From: Acutalibacteraceae bacterium
GTDB lineage: Bacteria > Bacillota > Clostridia > Oscillospirales > Acutalibacteraceae
NCBI GenBank assembly: GCA_045633725.1
Contig: JAZQYX010000033.1
Coordinates: 9,969 to 73,968, forward strand
Direction of reading: 5' to 3'
DNA: 64,000 bases
Below, one piece after another: positions 29,624 through 39,757 of this stretch. Position 1 is the stretch's first letter. Every line of letters starts with the position of its first letter. The translations under genes and the position numbers were made by a program. Below the pieces are notes generated by a model. The model was given only the letters and a program-made list of their open reading frames with translations. It was not told where the DNA came from and did not search any database.

Positions 29624-30346
29624 TTAGGTAATACTTGTAAGACGGCGCATTTCTTTTTCGTTTAAATCGCGCCAGCTACCGCGCGGCAGCATACCAAGCT
29701 TTACACCTGCAATTTCGGTACGCTTAAGGCGTAAAACCTCAAGTTTTACTTCTTCGCACATACGTCTTATTTGACGATTTCTGCCTTCCTGAATAACAAA
29801 GATAAGCACCGTTCTGTCTGCTTTCCTTTCAGCCACAAAACAGTCACACGGAAGGGTTTTCACTCCGTCAAGCAATATGCCTTCACGAAGCTTAATTATC
29901 TTCTCATCTTCCACTTCACCCTTTACGGTAACACGGTAGGTCTTGTTAACATGGTATGACGGATGTGTAAGGCGGTTTGCAAACTCGCCGTCGTTTGTCA
30001 TTAAAAGAAGTCCTTCAGAATTCATATCAAGTCTGCCCACAGGAAAAAGGCGCACAGGTGCATCTTTAACAAGGTCGGTAACACATTTTCTGCCCTTTTC
30101 ATCACTTGCGGTGGTTACAAATCCACGCGGTTTATGTAGCATTATATACATCTTAGTAGTATTGGCTACAACATTTTTACCACGAACGGTTATTTTATCG
30201 CGCTTAGGGTCCACCTTTTGACCTATTATAGCAATATGCCCGTTAACCTTAACCTTGCCCATCTCTATAAGCTCTTCGGCTTTTCTGCGTGATGCAATGC
30301 CGCAATCAGCCAAGTGCTTTTGCAAGCGCACTTTATTATCCTTCAT
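29624..30346 (-). CDS. rluB: Pseudouridine synthase, RsuA/RluB family
   Basis: N-terminal S4 domain (RLQKHLADCGIASRRKAEELI) and catalytic motif GRLDMNSEGLLLMTNDG. Confidence 0.9.
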   Translation of the reverse strand: MKDNKVRLQKHLADCGIASRRKAEELIEMGKVKVNGHIAIIGQKVDPKRDKITVRGKNVVANTTKMYIMLHKPRGFVTTASDEKGRKCVTDLVKDAPVRLFPVGRLDMNSEGLLLMTNDGEFANRLTHPSYHVNKTYRVTVKGEVEDEKIIKLREGILLDGVKTLPCDCFVAERKADRTVLIFVIQEGRNRQIRRMCEEVKLEVLRLKRTEIAGVKLGMLPRGSWRDLNEKEMRRLTSIT

Positions 30347-30355
30347 TTTATTCTC

Positions 30356-31483
30356 CTATATATTCATAATAATTGTCTTAAATATCTTTAAAATATCTTC
30401 TAACGCGTTTTCGTTCGGACTTAGTGAAGCAATCTCTATATTAGATAAAATTGGTTTTTCAGCCAAAATTTTATCACCCTGCGTATAAACCGCTTTGCCA
30501 ACCTCTTCATTTATTTTTATAGGCGCATAAAGAAATTGCGGTAAATATATTTTGCAGTTTATATCCGCTGTATCAAGACTGTTTATTGTAAGCGGATTAA
30601 TTTCTACAAAAAGGCTATCACTACTGCCGTTTATTACGGGAATATTATATCCGTTTACAAGCGGCGAAAAATTTGTTTGTTTTATGGCCGAAAACCCATA
30701 ATTAAGCATTGTTTTATGGTCCTGCCAATCGCTTGGCGCGTTTAGGGTTACAGCAATTAAATATTTACCGTCACGCTTTGCGGCAGACACCAAGCACCTG
30801 CCCGATTTTTTGGTAAACCCTGTTTTTACACCAATAACACCGTCATACATTTTAAGTAATTTATTATGGTTGGTAAGTGTTCGTCTGTACGGCGGATTTC
30901 CGTAATTAAGTGTAGCCGATTTACTTGCTACCACTTTAGAAAACTCCTCGTTTTGCATAGCGTATTTAGTCAGCATTCCTAACTCATAAGCGGTGGTATA
31001 ATGACTTTCCCCATCTAAACCTGAAGGGGTTTCAAAATGAGTGGATGTAAGCTCTAATTCGCGCGCTTTATTGTTCATCATATCAACAAAGCCTTTTATA
31101 GAGCCGCCAACAGTATAAGCTATAACATTTGCCGCATCATTACCTGAAGAAAGCATTAACCCATACAGCAAATCGTGAAGTGTTACCTTATCCCCCGCTA
31201 AAAGTCCCATAGACGAGCCTTCAACCCGTAGCATTTCGGCGGTGACGGTAATCTCCTTCTCAAAATTACCGTATTCACAAAGAAGTAATGCGGTCATAAT
31301 TTTAGTAGTGCTTGCCATTGGCAGTTTTTGATCGCTGTTTTTTGCGAAAATAACTTCGCCGTTTTCTCCGTTTATAAGTACTGCCGCTTTAGCCGAAACC
31401 GATAAATTACTTTGTGCTTTTACCGGTTGTACCAAAGCTAATATGAAAACTAAAATTACCGCTATTTTCTTCAAAATCAACAC
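30356..31483 (-). CDS. Serine-type D-Ala-D-Ala carboxypeptidase (PBP5/DacB/DacF-like)
   Basis: Signal peptide, SxxK (ASTTKIMT), SxN (SGND), KTG (KTGFT), and a C-terminal PBP5_C-like domain. The TTG start is uncertain. Confidence 0.88.
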   Translation of the reverse strand: MLILKKIAVILVFILALVQPVKAQSNLSVSAKAAVLINGENGEVIFAKNSDQKLPMASTTKIMTALLLCEYGNFEKEITVTAEMLRVEGSSMGLLAGDKVTLHDLLYGLMLSSGNDAANVIAYTVGGSIKGFVDMMNNKARELELTSTHFETPSGLDGESHYTTAYELGMLTKYAMQNEEFSKVVASKSATLNYGNPPYRRTLTNHNKLLKMYDGVIGVKTGFTKKSGRCLVSAAKRDGKYLIAVTLNAPSDWQDHKTMLNYGFSAIKQTNFSPLVNGYNIPVINGSSDSLFVEINPLTINSLDTADINCKIYLPQFLYAPIKINEEVGKAVYTQGDKILAEKPILSNIEIASLSPNENALEDILKIFKTIIMNI

Positions 31484-31516
31484 CCACCATATATTAAAAT
31501 AAATATGATGGGGTGT
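31480..31516 (-). terminator. Imperfect hairpin between ytfJ and the carboxypeptidase gene
   Basis: ACACCCACCATAT / ATATGATGGGGTGT, about 13 bp with one mismatch and one bulge. On the minus strand it is followed by TGATTTT. It overlaps the putative RBS and start of the downstream gene. Confidence 0.45.
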
Positions 31517-31522
31517 GTTATT

Positions 31523-31903
31523 TTATTCAGGTATGTCTATTGGTTCAGTTTTGAAAAGCTCTTTAGCCTTTTCTATAATATCGGGTGCCATGCTTATTGC
31601 TTTTTCAACTGTTGTGAGTTCATTATAAACAGGCAACATTTTAACATCAGTACCGTTTATCACAATAAAAGCTATGGGCGAAACGGTAACACCTGCACCG
31701 CCACCGCCACCGAAAACCTGTGTGGACGCTTTTGCAACGAAATCACTACCGCCGGTAGCAAGCCCGTAAGCAACCTTAGAAACAGGAATAAGCGTAATGT
31801 TACCGATTTCTATAGGATTGCCTGTTATAATATCGGCATTTACCATACCTTTTAACTTTTCAAGTGTTGTATCCATAATATTTTTTATACTATTCTCACT
31901 CAT
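31523..31903 (-). CDS. ytfJ: GerW/YtfJ-family sporulation protein
   Basis: ITGNPIEIGNITLIPVSKV and FGGGGGAGVTVSPIAFIVI motifs characteristic of YtfJ/GerW. Confidence 0.88.
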   Translation of the reverse strand: MSENSIKNIMDTTLEKLKGMVNADIITGNPIEIGNITLIPVSKVAYGLATGGSDFVAKASTQVFGGGGGAGVTVSPIAFIVINGTDVKMLPVYNELTTVEKAISMAPDIIEKAKELFKTEPIDIPE

Positions 31904-32508
31904 TAAAACTCATTCCTTATACAAAAATTTTTATATTCTTTATATATTCTAACCGCAAAAATCAAAATAAAAATAACGCTTGCCTTTATTTTTAAAGAAA
32001 AGGTAACATTGCTTTTTTTATTTTCAAAATCCGCCTTTACATCAACGCTTTTATACTGTAAATTTACAAAACCTTCCACAAAAGAAAGAGTTGGATAAAC
32101 TGCCGAGCAAACCAGACCATAGTTAGTAGCAGTTTGTGCGGCATCATCCCCCGCTACCGCTATGAAAAGGCAAATATCTTTTAATTTTACAAATTTTAAA
32201 AAACGCTTTAGCGGTACTGTGCAGTCTTTTACAAATGCAAAAATCTCTTTTACCGCCACAACAAAGCCTTTTTTATCCGTTAACTTTTCAAAAAAACTTT
32301 TTTCTTTTTTTTGTTCAGTCTTTTTGGGGGTGTTGCTAATTTTATTTTTTTGTTTTGGTTTTTCACTTTTATCTAAATTAAGTGTTACAAAGGCTACCTT
32401 AAGCTTATACTCAAAGTCACCATCATAGAGCAAGTTTAAATTCACAGGCAATAGTAAAACCACCACCGCCAAAATCAAAAAAATGCCTAAAATATACAAT
32501 AAAAACAA
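31903..32508 (-). CDS. DUF2953 (YtfI-like) sporulation-associated membrane protein
   Basis: N-terminal TM helix, a K-rich linker, and a position directly upstream of ytfJ, as in the B. subtilis ytfI-ytfJ pair. Confidence 0.65.
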   Translation of the reverse strand: MFLLYILGIFLILAVVVLLLPVNLNLLYDGDFEYKLKVAFVTLNLDKSEKPKQKNKISNTPKKTEQKKEKSFFEKLTDKKGFVVAVKEIFAFVKDCTVPLKRFLKFVKLKDICLFIAVAGDDAAQTATNYGLVCSAVYPTLSFVEGFVNLQYKSVDVKADFENKKSNVTFSLKIKASVIFILIFAVRIYKEYKNFCIRNEF

Positions 32509-32550
32509 TTAAAGCACTCCTACAAATATTTTTAATCAAAAATATTAAAA

Positions 32551-33114
32551 CTATTCATCAAGAGTTAACTGCTCTCCTAGGTCCGTAACCTCTTCTCCGT
32601 TTTGGTCTTTAGGTAAGGGGGGCAATTCGCTTAAATCCCCTAAAGAGAAGCAACGCAAAAAGTTTTTGGTAGTTCCGTAAAGCAAGGGCTTGCCGGGAAG
32701 TTCAAGTCTTCCTCGTTCTTCTATAAGCGCTTTCTCAATTAAGGTGGTAACTACACCCGAGCAATCAACACCCCTGACCTGTTCTATAAAGGATTTTGTA
32801 ACAGGCTGATTATAGGCTACTACTGCCAAAACCTCAAGTGCGGCAGAAGACAAGGGTGTGCGTCTTCTTATATCGAAAGCTTTTTTAATATAATCCGCAT
32901 ATTCGGTATCAGTAGCAAGCTGATAAGTATTTTCCATTCTTACAAGCTTTAAAGCGCTGTCGTTATCTTCAAGCTTTTTTGAAAGCGCTTCCATAACCTC
33001 TACCGTTTTTTCGGGAGTTATTTCAAAAACTTGAGCGAAGCGTTCTATTGACATCGGCTCGCCGCTTGCAAAAAGCACAGCCTCAAACGCTTTTATAAGT
33101 TGTTTAGTTGTCAT
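32551..33114 (-). CDS. scpB: Segregation and condensation protein B
   Basis: MTTKQLIKAFEAVLFASGEP.. is a typical ScpB N-terminus, followed by tandem wHTH domains. I chose the start at 33114. The ORF track extends to 33174, inside scpA. Confidence 0.88.
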   Translation of the reverse strand: MTTKQLIKAFEAVLFASGEPMSIERFAQVFEITPEKTVEVMEALSKKLEDNDSALKLVRMENTYQLATDTEYADYIKKAFDIRRRTPLSSAALEVLAVVAYNQPVTKSFIEQVRGVDCSGVVTTLIEKALIEERGRLELPGKPLLYGTTKNFLRCFSLGDLSELPPLPKDQNGEEVTDLGEQLTLDE

Positions 33115-33829
33115 TGTTTTTATGCCCCTTAATAAGTGTAATTTGCTGATTTTCACCGTCACCATCAACCTCAACGCGATTAGCTTTACAAAGTTCTAAC
33201 ACCGCTAAAAAAGTTGCAACAAGTTCGGAACGGCTACTTGCAGTTTTATAAAGGTCTGAAAGCTTACTCTTACCACCGCGCCATAAATTGCGGATTACAA
33301 AAACTATTTTTGTAGAAACCGAAACAATCTTTTTAGCTACAATTTTTGTAAACGGCGCAGTCGAAGGCGGTAACCTTCTAAGCCCCCTGCCTACTGCGGC
33401 AATATAGCTTTCATACATAACGTTTTTCGGATGTACAAGCTCATAAGTTTTAGGCAACTCATACTCGGTAGGAAGCCTTACAAACATATCAAACCCACTT
33501 TGCATTGTCGAAAACTTGGCTGCCATTTGCTTGCAAAGCATATATTCAAGCAACTCTCCTGTTAATTCTTCCTTAAGCTTTACAACCTCATCGTGTTTAG
33601 GCAGTAAACTAACTGTTTTAATATAAAGTAAACGGGAAGCCATCTCTAAAAAGTCACTCGAAATTTCCATTTCGTCCTGTTTGAATTTTTCTATTTGCTC
33701 TAAATACTGCTCAATAAGCTCAAGTAGCGGAATATCGTAAATATTATACTTATTACGCGCAATCAACTGTAACAGTAAATCAAGCGGGCCTTCAAAGCCT
33801 TCTAATTTATAATTTAAAATATTTTCCAT
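33104..33829 (-). CDS. scpA: Segregation and condensation protein A (kleisin)
   Basis: FEGPLDLLLQLI kleisin N-terminal motif and C-terminal VATFLAVLEL. Confidence 0.92.
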   Translation of the reverse strand: MENILNYKLEGFEGPLDLLLQLIARNKYNIYDIPLLELIEQYLEQIEKFKQDEMEISSDFLEMASRLLYIKTVSLLPKHDEVVKLKEELTGELLEYMLCKQMAAKFSTMQSGFDMFVRLPTEYELPKTYELVHPKNVMYESYIAAVGRGLRRLPPSTAPFTKIVAKKIVSVSTKIVFVIRNLWRGGKSKLSDLYKTASSRSELVATFLAVLELCKANRVEVDGDGENQQITLIKGHKNNDN

Positions 33830-33830
33830 C

Positions 33831-34523
33831 TTACACCAAATACAACAAATAAGAATTTAAATTTAAAATACTGAAAAATCCGTTTAAAATCGAATTCGTA
33901 GCCAAATAAATAGGTATATCAAGTACATCGGTGAAAATCAATATCATTAAGCCGTAATAAATGTATCTTTCATACCGCATTATTTTGTAGTATATTCTGT
34001 CAGGCAATATAACACCCAAAATTCGTGAACCGTCAAGTGGAGGTACGGGAATAAGGTTAAATACCGCTAACGAAACATTTATTTTTGCAACACCCACAAA
34101 AAACAGCGCTATATAAACTACCGTTTGCGAAACCGCAAACAACAATACTATTTTAGCCATGAAAAGCGATAAAAAAGCTACAATAAGGTTTGAAAGCGGG
34201 CCCGCAAAGGCTACTATACCCATACCGCTTTTTGAATTTTTAAAATTATACGGGTTAACCTGTACAGGTTTTGCCCACCCAAAACCAAAAAATAATACAC
34301 AAAGCGAGCCTATAATATCAAGATGTGCAAAGGGGTTTAAAGTTAATCTGCCTTGATACCTTGGTGTAGGGTCACCCAACTTATCCGCCGCAAAGGCGTG
34401 GGCAAATTCGTGTATAGGCAGAGTAAGGAAAATTACCGCCAAGGTAGACAGTATATAAATTAAAGCACCAATAAAATCAATATCTCCTGATAACAATGAA
34501 CTAAGCAAGACATACCCCTCCAA
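33831..34523 (-). CDS. Site-2 protease (M50) family metalloprotease
   Basis: HEFAHAF zinc motif within a TM helix, a second motif NLIPVPPLDGS, and a polytopic topology. Confidence 0.88.
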   Translation of the reverse strand: MEGYVLLSSLLSGDIDFIGALIYILSTLAVIFLTLPIHEFAHAFAADKLGDPTPRYQGRLTLNPFAHLDIIGSLCVLFFGFGWAKPVQVNPYNFKNSKSGMGIVAFAGPLSNLIVAFLSLFMAKIVLLFAVSQTVVYIALFFVGVAKINVSLAVFNLIPVPPLDGSRILGVILPDRIYYKIMRYERYIYYGLMILIFTDVLDIPIYLATNSILNGFFSILNLNSYLLYLV

Positions 34524-34657
34524 TCTAATATATAATTATACTATATCTATAATAAAAATACAAGTACAAAAAACAGTTAGTATTTTTATAAAAAAATGTA
34601 GATTTTTGTAGTAAATAGTGGTATCATAGATACAAATAGCCTATGGAGGAAGATTGA

Positions 34658-35863
34658 ATGAATATTGCAGTAGCACAGTCAGGTGGACCTACCGTTGCCA
34701 TAAACGCTTCGCTTGCGGGTGTTTTTAAGGGTGCGCTTGAAAGTAACCAAATTGATATCGTTTACGGTTCTCTAAACGGCATTGAAGGTATTATCGGGCA
34801 AAACCTTGTAAACCTTAATGAACTTATAAAAAATGATGACGATTTAGAGCTTGTAAAGCTCACACCATCTACCGTTTTGGGTTCTTGCCGTTATAAGCTT
34901 CCGTCTTTCGATAAAGATGCTTTAGTTTACGATAAAATTATTGAGTGCTTTAAAAAATATAACATAGGTGCTTTTTTCTACATAGGCGGAAATGACTCTA
35001 TGGATACCGTAAACAAGCTTTCAAAGTACACTACCGAAAACGGTATAGATATTAAGATTATCGGTGTTCCGAAAACCATTGATAACGACCTTTGCTCAAC
35101 CGACCATACCCCAGGCTTCGGCTCAGCGGCTAAATACCTTGCAACTACTTTGCAAGAGATTACAAGGGACAGCGCAGTTTACGACCTTAAATCTGTAACA
35201 ATAGTTGAAATAATGGGTAGGCACGCAGGTTGGCTTACCGCTTCAAGTGCGGTTTTACACGCTAACGGTGAAACTGCCCCCCACCTTATCTATCTCCCTG
35301 AAGGCGAATTTTCACAAGCCAAGTTTTTAAGCGATGTTAAATCACAGTTTCAAATTCGCAACTCGGTTATTGTTGCGGTTTCTGAAGGCATTACCCTTGG
35401 TGATGAAAACTATCGCTCGGGTAAAGTGGATAATTTTGGTCACGCTTACCTTTCAGGTATAGGTAAATTACTCGAAAATCTTGTAACCGAGAAAATTGGT
35501 TGCAAGGTGCGTTCTATCGAGCTTAATGTTATGCAACGCTGTTCTTCACATTTGGCATCTAAAACCGATATTGACGAGTCGGTACTAATAGGCGAAACCG
35601 CCGTTAAAGCCGCGCTATCAGGCAAAACAGGTATTATGATGACCTTCCTTCGCGTAAGCAATAACCCTTATAAAATTGAAATTGGCGAAGCCGACACAAG
35701 CCTTGTTGCAAACAATGAAAAAACCTTCCCTAAAGAATGGATTTGCGACAACAGTACAAACATTACAAACGATGCTATAGAATACTTCCTACCGCTTGTA
35801 AACGGCGAAGTCGGGATTAAAACCAAAAACGGTCTACCCGTTCACTTTAAAATCAATAAATAG
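34658..35863 (+). CDS. 6-phosphofructokinase, long (Pfp-like) form
   Basis: PFK family motifs IGGNDSMDT, GVPKTIDNDL and MGRHAGWL. 401 aa. The phosphoryl donor is ambiguous (see findings). Confidence 0.85.
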   Translation: MNIAVAQSGGPTVAINASLAGVFKGALESNQIDIVYGSLNGIEGIIGQNLVNLNELIKNDDDLELVKLTPSTVLGSCRYKLPSFDKDALVYDKIIECFKKYNIGAFFYIGGNDSMDTVNKLSKYTTENGIDIKIIGVPKTIDNDLCSTDHTPGFGSAAKYLATTLQEITRDSAVYDLKSVTIVEIMGRHAGWLTASSAVLHANGETAPHLIYLPEGEFSQAKFLSDVKSQFQIRNSVIVAVSEGITLGDENYRSGKVDNFGHAYLSGIGKLLENLVTEKIGCKVRSIELNVMQRCSSHLASKTDIDESVLIGETAVKAALSGKTGIMMTFLRVSNNPYKIEIGEADTSLVANNEKTFPKEWICDNSTNITNDAIEYFLPLVNGEVGIKTKNGLPVHFKINK

Positions 35864-35864
35864 T

Positions 35865-35899
35865 AAAAAACTGACTACATTTTGTGTAGTCAGTTTTTT
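35865..35899. terminator. Bidirectional rho-independent terminator
   Basis: CTGACTACA / TGTAGTCAG hairpin flanked by AAAAAA and TTTTTT. It sits between the convergent pfk and potD genes. Confidence 0.85.
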
Positions 35900-35900
35900 G

Positions 35901-37007
35901 TTAGTACAATTTCACATCACACCAAAGCATTTCATAATAAATCCTTATTTCGTCTTCAATATCGTGATAATACTGCACTTTGGGTATATCCTTATCATTA
36001 GGATAAAGAATTTCATTTTTATAATAGTAATAGTCGGGGTTATTTATTACCGCAGTATTTGGGGAAGCATAACCGATATATTCGGCATTAGCGGTAGCAA
36101 TTTGTGGCTCTAAAAGGAAGTTTATATACATAAGCGCCGCTTCATAATTTTTACACGATTTAGGTATACAAACTGAATCGATAAATACATTCGTACCCTC
36201 GTTCGGATAGAAAAAGGCTAAATCCTCGTTAGTTTCATACATTGTAAGATAATCACCTGCATAGTAAGGCGCAATAGCCGACTCACCTGTTTCCATTTTT
36301 CCGTAAACCTCATCCATCACATAAGACTGCAAGTTATCCTTACCTTTTTTAAGCAACTCTGCCGCCTTGTCCCAATCCGCCTTATTCGTAGAATTAAGGT
36401 CCTGTCCCAAAAGCATTTGAGCAGTCATAAAAGCGTCGCGCGGATTATTGAAATTAAGCGTCTTATCCTTATACTTTTCGTCCCATAAAACATTCCACGA
36501 ATGCTCTATATCCACCCCTACCTGCTCCTTGTTGTAGATAATACCTACCATACCAACACTATAGGGAATGCTATATTCATTTTTGGGGTCAAAATACACA
36601 TTCTTATATTTTTCATCAACAAGCTTGTAATTTGAAAGTTTAGAGGTGTTAATTTTTAAAAGCTCGCCCTCTTTAATCAGGCGTTGTACCATATAGTCAG
36701 ATGGAATAATAATATCGTAGGTAATACCACCGCTTTTGATTTGAGAATACATGGTTTCGTTGCTTTCAAACATAAGGTAGTTTACCTTTATTCCTGTAAG
36801 TCGCTCAAATTCGGCATTAACATCAATCATTCCATCGCCGCCATCCGAGATATATTCACCCCAGTTATACACTGTAATAGATGTACCCGCTAAGGAACGG
36901 TCATAGCTTCCCTCTAAATCAAGGTCAAAATACTTATAAGTATAATCACAGCTACAAAGACAAAACAGCAAAACGACAGTTAAAATAAAAGAAAGAAGTT
37001 TTTTCAT
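35901..37007 (-). CDS. potD: Spermidine/putrescine ABC transporter substrate-binding lipoprotein
   Basis: Lipobox LFCLCSC, PotD-like periplasmic binding fold, and position as the last gene of potABCD. Confidence 0.88.
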   Translation of the reverse strand: MKKLLSFILTVVLLFCLCSCDYTYKYFDLDLEGSYDRSLAGTSITVYNWGEYISDGGDGMIDVNAEFERLTGIKVNYLMFESNETMYSQIKSGGITYDIIIPSDYMVQRLIKEGELLKINTSKLSNYKLVDEKYKNVYFDPKNEYSIPYSVGMVGIIYNKEQVGVDIEHSWNVLWDEKYKDKTLNFNNPRDAFMTAQMLLGQDLNSTNKADWDKAAELLKKGKDNLQSYVMDEVYGKMETGESAIAPYYAGDYLTMYETNEDLAFFYPNEGTNVFIDSVCIPKSCKNYEAALMYINFLLEPQIATANAEYIGYASPNTAVINNPDYYYYKNEILYPNDKDIPKVQYYHDIEDEIRIYYEMLWCDVKLY

Positions 37008-37008
37008 A

Positions 37009-37815
37009 TCAAAACCTCCTTTTAGCCGCTTTACGCTCTGCTTTATTACTTACCATATTGTAAAAAATAAGCAAAAGGAATATTACAATAAATATAAGCG
37101 TCGAAAGGGCATAAGTATCAGGAGTGACCGATTTTTTGGTCATATTATAAATAATAATCGGCAAGGTTTGATAGTCACCACAGGTAAAATAGCTTATTAC
37201 AAAATCGTCAAGCGAGAGTGTAAATGCCATAATCATACCTGTTGCTATTCCTGTTGAAATTGATGGTAAAATAACCTTAAAAAAGGCTTTTACAGGGGTA
37301 CAGCCAAGGTCTAAGGCCGCTTCGTGCAAATTAGCATCGGTTTGCTTTAGCTTTGGCATTACCGAAAGAATTACATAGGGCAAATTAAAGGTTATATGTG
37401 CTATAAGAACAGTTACAAAACCCAGTGACTCTGAAAGACCAACAAGTTTCCCCACAAATACAAATAAAAACATTAAAGATATACCTGTTACAATATCAGC
37501 ATTCATCATAGGTATATTGGTTGTAGCCATAATAAGCTTGTTTGCAACTTTGCTTCTTATAGCCATAATACCGACTGCCGCAGCGGTACCCAAAATGGTA
37601 GAAATAACCGCCGAAAGCACTGCAATAACAAGAGTGTGTTTCAACGCTCCAAGCATTGTGTTATTTGATATAAGGCTTAAATACCAATTAAATGAAAAAC
37701 CTTCAAAAACCCATACGCTTTCTGACGAGTTGAACGAGAAAAATATCATAACAAGTATGGGTGCATAAAGGAACAAGAGTATCAACCATATATAAATGCG
37801 AGATAACATTTTCAT
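37009..37815 (-). CDS. potC: Spermidine/putrescine ABC transporter permease
   Basis: 6 TM helices and an EAA loop (EAALDLGCTPVKAFFKVILP). Confidence 0.88.
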   Translation of the reverse strand: MKMLSRIYIWLILLFLYAPILVMIFFSFNSSESVWVFEGFSFNWYLSLISNNTMLGALKHTLVIAVLSAVISTILGTAAAVGIMAIRSKVANKLIMATTNIPMMNADIVTGISLMFLFVFVGKLVGLSESLGFVTVLIAHITFNLPYVILSVMPKLKQTDANLHEAALDLGCTPVKAFFKVILPSISTGIATGMIMAFTLSLDDFVISYFTCGDYQTLPIIIYNMTKKSVTPDTYALSTLIFIVIFLLLIFYNMVSNKAERKAAKRRF

Positions 37816-38639
37816 ATTAACACGCCCCCACTCTCGTCATCTGTAAACCTATTCATAACGAATAGACTTAGCATAATAAGCACCATTAAAACAAGCGAAA
37901 TCGCCGATGCTATATTATAATAATCGGGGCCCGAGTTATAAAAATATTCAATGGTATCGCCTATTAGCATTGTCTTGTTTCCGCCGAGCTTTTGCGAAAT
38001 GTAAAAAGTACTTACACTAGGTACAAAAACCATAGTTATACCCGAAATAACACCGGGACGGCTTAAAGGGAAAATAACCCTTTTAAACTTATTGAATGCG
38101 TTTGCACCCAAATCGTCAGATGCTTCTAAAAGCGAGTTGTCAATTTTACTCATAACCGAATAAATTGGCAAAATCATATAGGGTATAAAGTCATAAACCA
38201 TACCCAAAATTACAGCACCCGGGGTATTTATAAGCTTAAGCGGTCCTATACCGATTTTTCCTAAAATGGTGTTTATAATACCCGTATTAGCAAGAATACT
38301 TATCCAAGAATATGTACGGATAAGAAAGTTCATCCACATAGGAAGCATAACTATCATCATAATCATTTTTTGCGAGCTAATTTTTAGCTTTGTCATAAAA
38401 TAAGCCATAGGGTAAGCAAGCAATAATGTTATAACGGTAGAAATAAGCGCATAAACGATTGAAATTGCAAAGGCTTTTTTATATCTTCCAAGCGACGCTA
38501 AATTAGCAAGCGTAAACACACCATTCGCATCAGTCAAGGCAAAATAAGCCATTATAACAAGCGGTACAATGATAAATATAGCCGACCAGACAATGTACGG
38601 ACAGGCTACAAGCTTATTGCCGAAGGATTTTTTGTTCAC
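37812..38639 (-). CDS. potB: Spermidine/putrescine ABC transporter permease
   Basis: 6 TM helices and an EAA loop ([20 protein letters not shown]). It overlaps both neighbouring genes. Confidence 0.88.
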   Translation of the reverse strand: MNKKSFGNKLVACPYIVWSAIFIIVPLVIMAYFALTDANGVFTLANLASLGRYKKAFAISIVYALISTVITLLLAYPMAYFMTKLKISSQKMIMMIVMLPMWMNFLIRTYSWISILANTGIINTILGKIGIGPLKLINTPGAVILGMVYDFIPYMILPIYSVMSKIDNSLLEASDDLGANAFNKFKRVIFPLSRPGVISGITMVFVPSVSTFYISQKLGGNKTMLIGDTIEYFYNSGPDYYNIASAISLVLMVLIMLSLFVMNRFTDDESGGVLI

Positions 38640-39757
38640 TCAACCACCTCCTCAGGGTCGGAAAGGTGGTCAATTTCCTCACTATAAGAAGAATAGTCGC
38701 CATAAAGACCTGAATACTCACTCTTTTTCATAATATGAATAGCATCAGGCTCAATATAAAGACCTACTTTATCGTCTACAAAATGCTCATCGGTGGTTTG
38801 TATCATCCACTTAAAACCGCCTATATCTACAATGATTTCATAGTGAACACCAAGGAATGAAACCGAAGTTACAACACCGGTAAGCATACCTTTATCAACC
38901 GGAACAATGTCAACATCCTCCGGGCGCACTACAACGTCAACTAATTCATTAGCCCCAAAGCCTTTATCAAGACAATCAAATTTAGCGCCAGAAAATTCCA
39001 CATAATAGTCCTTAAGCATAATGCCGTCTACTATGTTAGATTCACCTATAAAATCAGCAACAAAGGCATTCTGAGGTTCGTTATAAATATCCTGCGGAGT
39101 ACCCACCTGCTGAATTTTACCGCCGTCCATAACAACCACGCGGTCAGACATAGTTAAGGCTTCCTCTTGGTCGTGGGTTACAAATATAAAGGTAATGCCT
39201 AACTGCTCTTGAATTTTCTTAAGTTCCTTTTGCATATCCTTGCGAAGCTTTAAGTCCAAAGCGGCTAACGGCTCGTCAAGGAGCAGCACCTTTGGATGAT
39301 TGGCAATAGCGCGCGCAATAGCAACACGCTGTTGCTGACCACCCGAAAGGGTATCAATACTGCGCTTTTCCAGTCCCGAAAGATTAACAAGCTTTAGCAT
39401 CTCTAAAACCTTTTGCTTTATTTGGTCATTAGGTAACTTTTTAACCCTAAGCCCGAATGCTACATTTTCATACACATTAAGGTGCGGAAAAAGGGCATAA
39501 CGCTGAAAAATGGTGTTAACCTGACGCTTGTAAGCAGGCACACCATTGATTTTTTTACCCTCAAAGATAACATCACCGGCGTCGGGCTCTAAAAACCCTG
39601 CTATTAAACGGAGTGTTGTAGTTTTACCGCAACCCGAAGGTCCCAAAAAGGTTATAAACTCTTTGTCTTTAATCTCAAGACTAAGATTATCCAATACCTT
39701 CTCACCGTCAAAAGTCACCGAAATGTCTTTAAGTTGTACAATATTTTCTGTTTGCAT
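38636..39757 (-). CDS. potA: Spermidine/putrescine ABC transporter ATPase
   Basis: [34 protein letters not shown], and a C-terminal TOBE-like domain. ATG 39757 lies 8 nt after AGGGGGA. The ORF track extends to 39799. Confidence 0.9.
   Translation of the reverse strand: MQTENIVQLKDISVTFDGEKVLDNLSLEIKDKEFITFLGPSGCGKTTTLRLIAGFLEPDAGDVIFEGKKINGVPAYKRQVNTIFQRYALFPHLNVYENVAFGLRVKKLPNDQIKQKVLEMLKLVNLSGLEKRSIDTLSGGQQQRVAIARAIANHPKVLLLDEPLAALDLKLRKDMQKELKKIQEQLGITFIFVTHDQEEALTMSDRVVVMDGGKIQQVGTPQDIYNEPQNAFVADFIGESNIVDGIMLKDYYVEFSGAKFDCLDKGFGANELVDVVVRPEDVDIVPVDKGMLTGVVTSVSFLGVHYEIIVDIGGFKWMIQTTDEHFVDDKVGLYIEPDAIHIMKKSEYSGLYGDYSSYSEEIDHLSDPEEVVE

Noticed and set aside
31505-31855. 116-aa plus-strand ORF
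   Set aside because: It is antisense to ytfJ (GerW family, strong motifs). Its composition is Cys/Asn/Phe-rich, and it has no SD.
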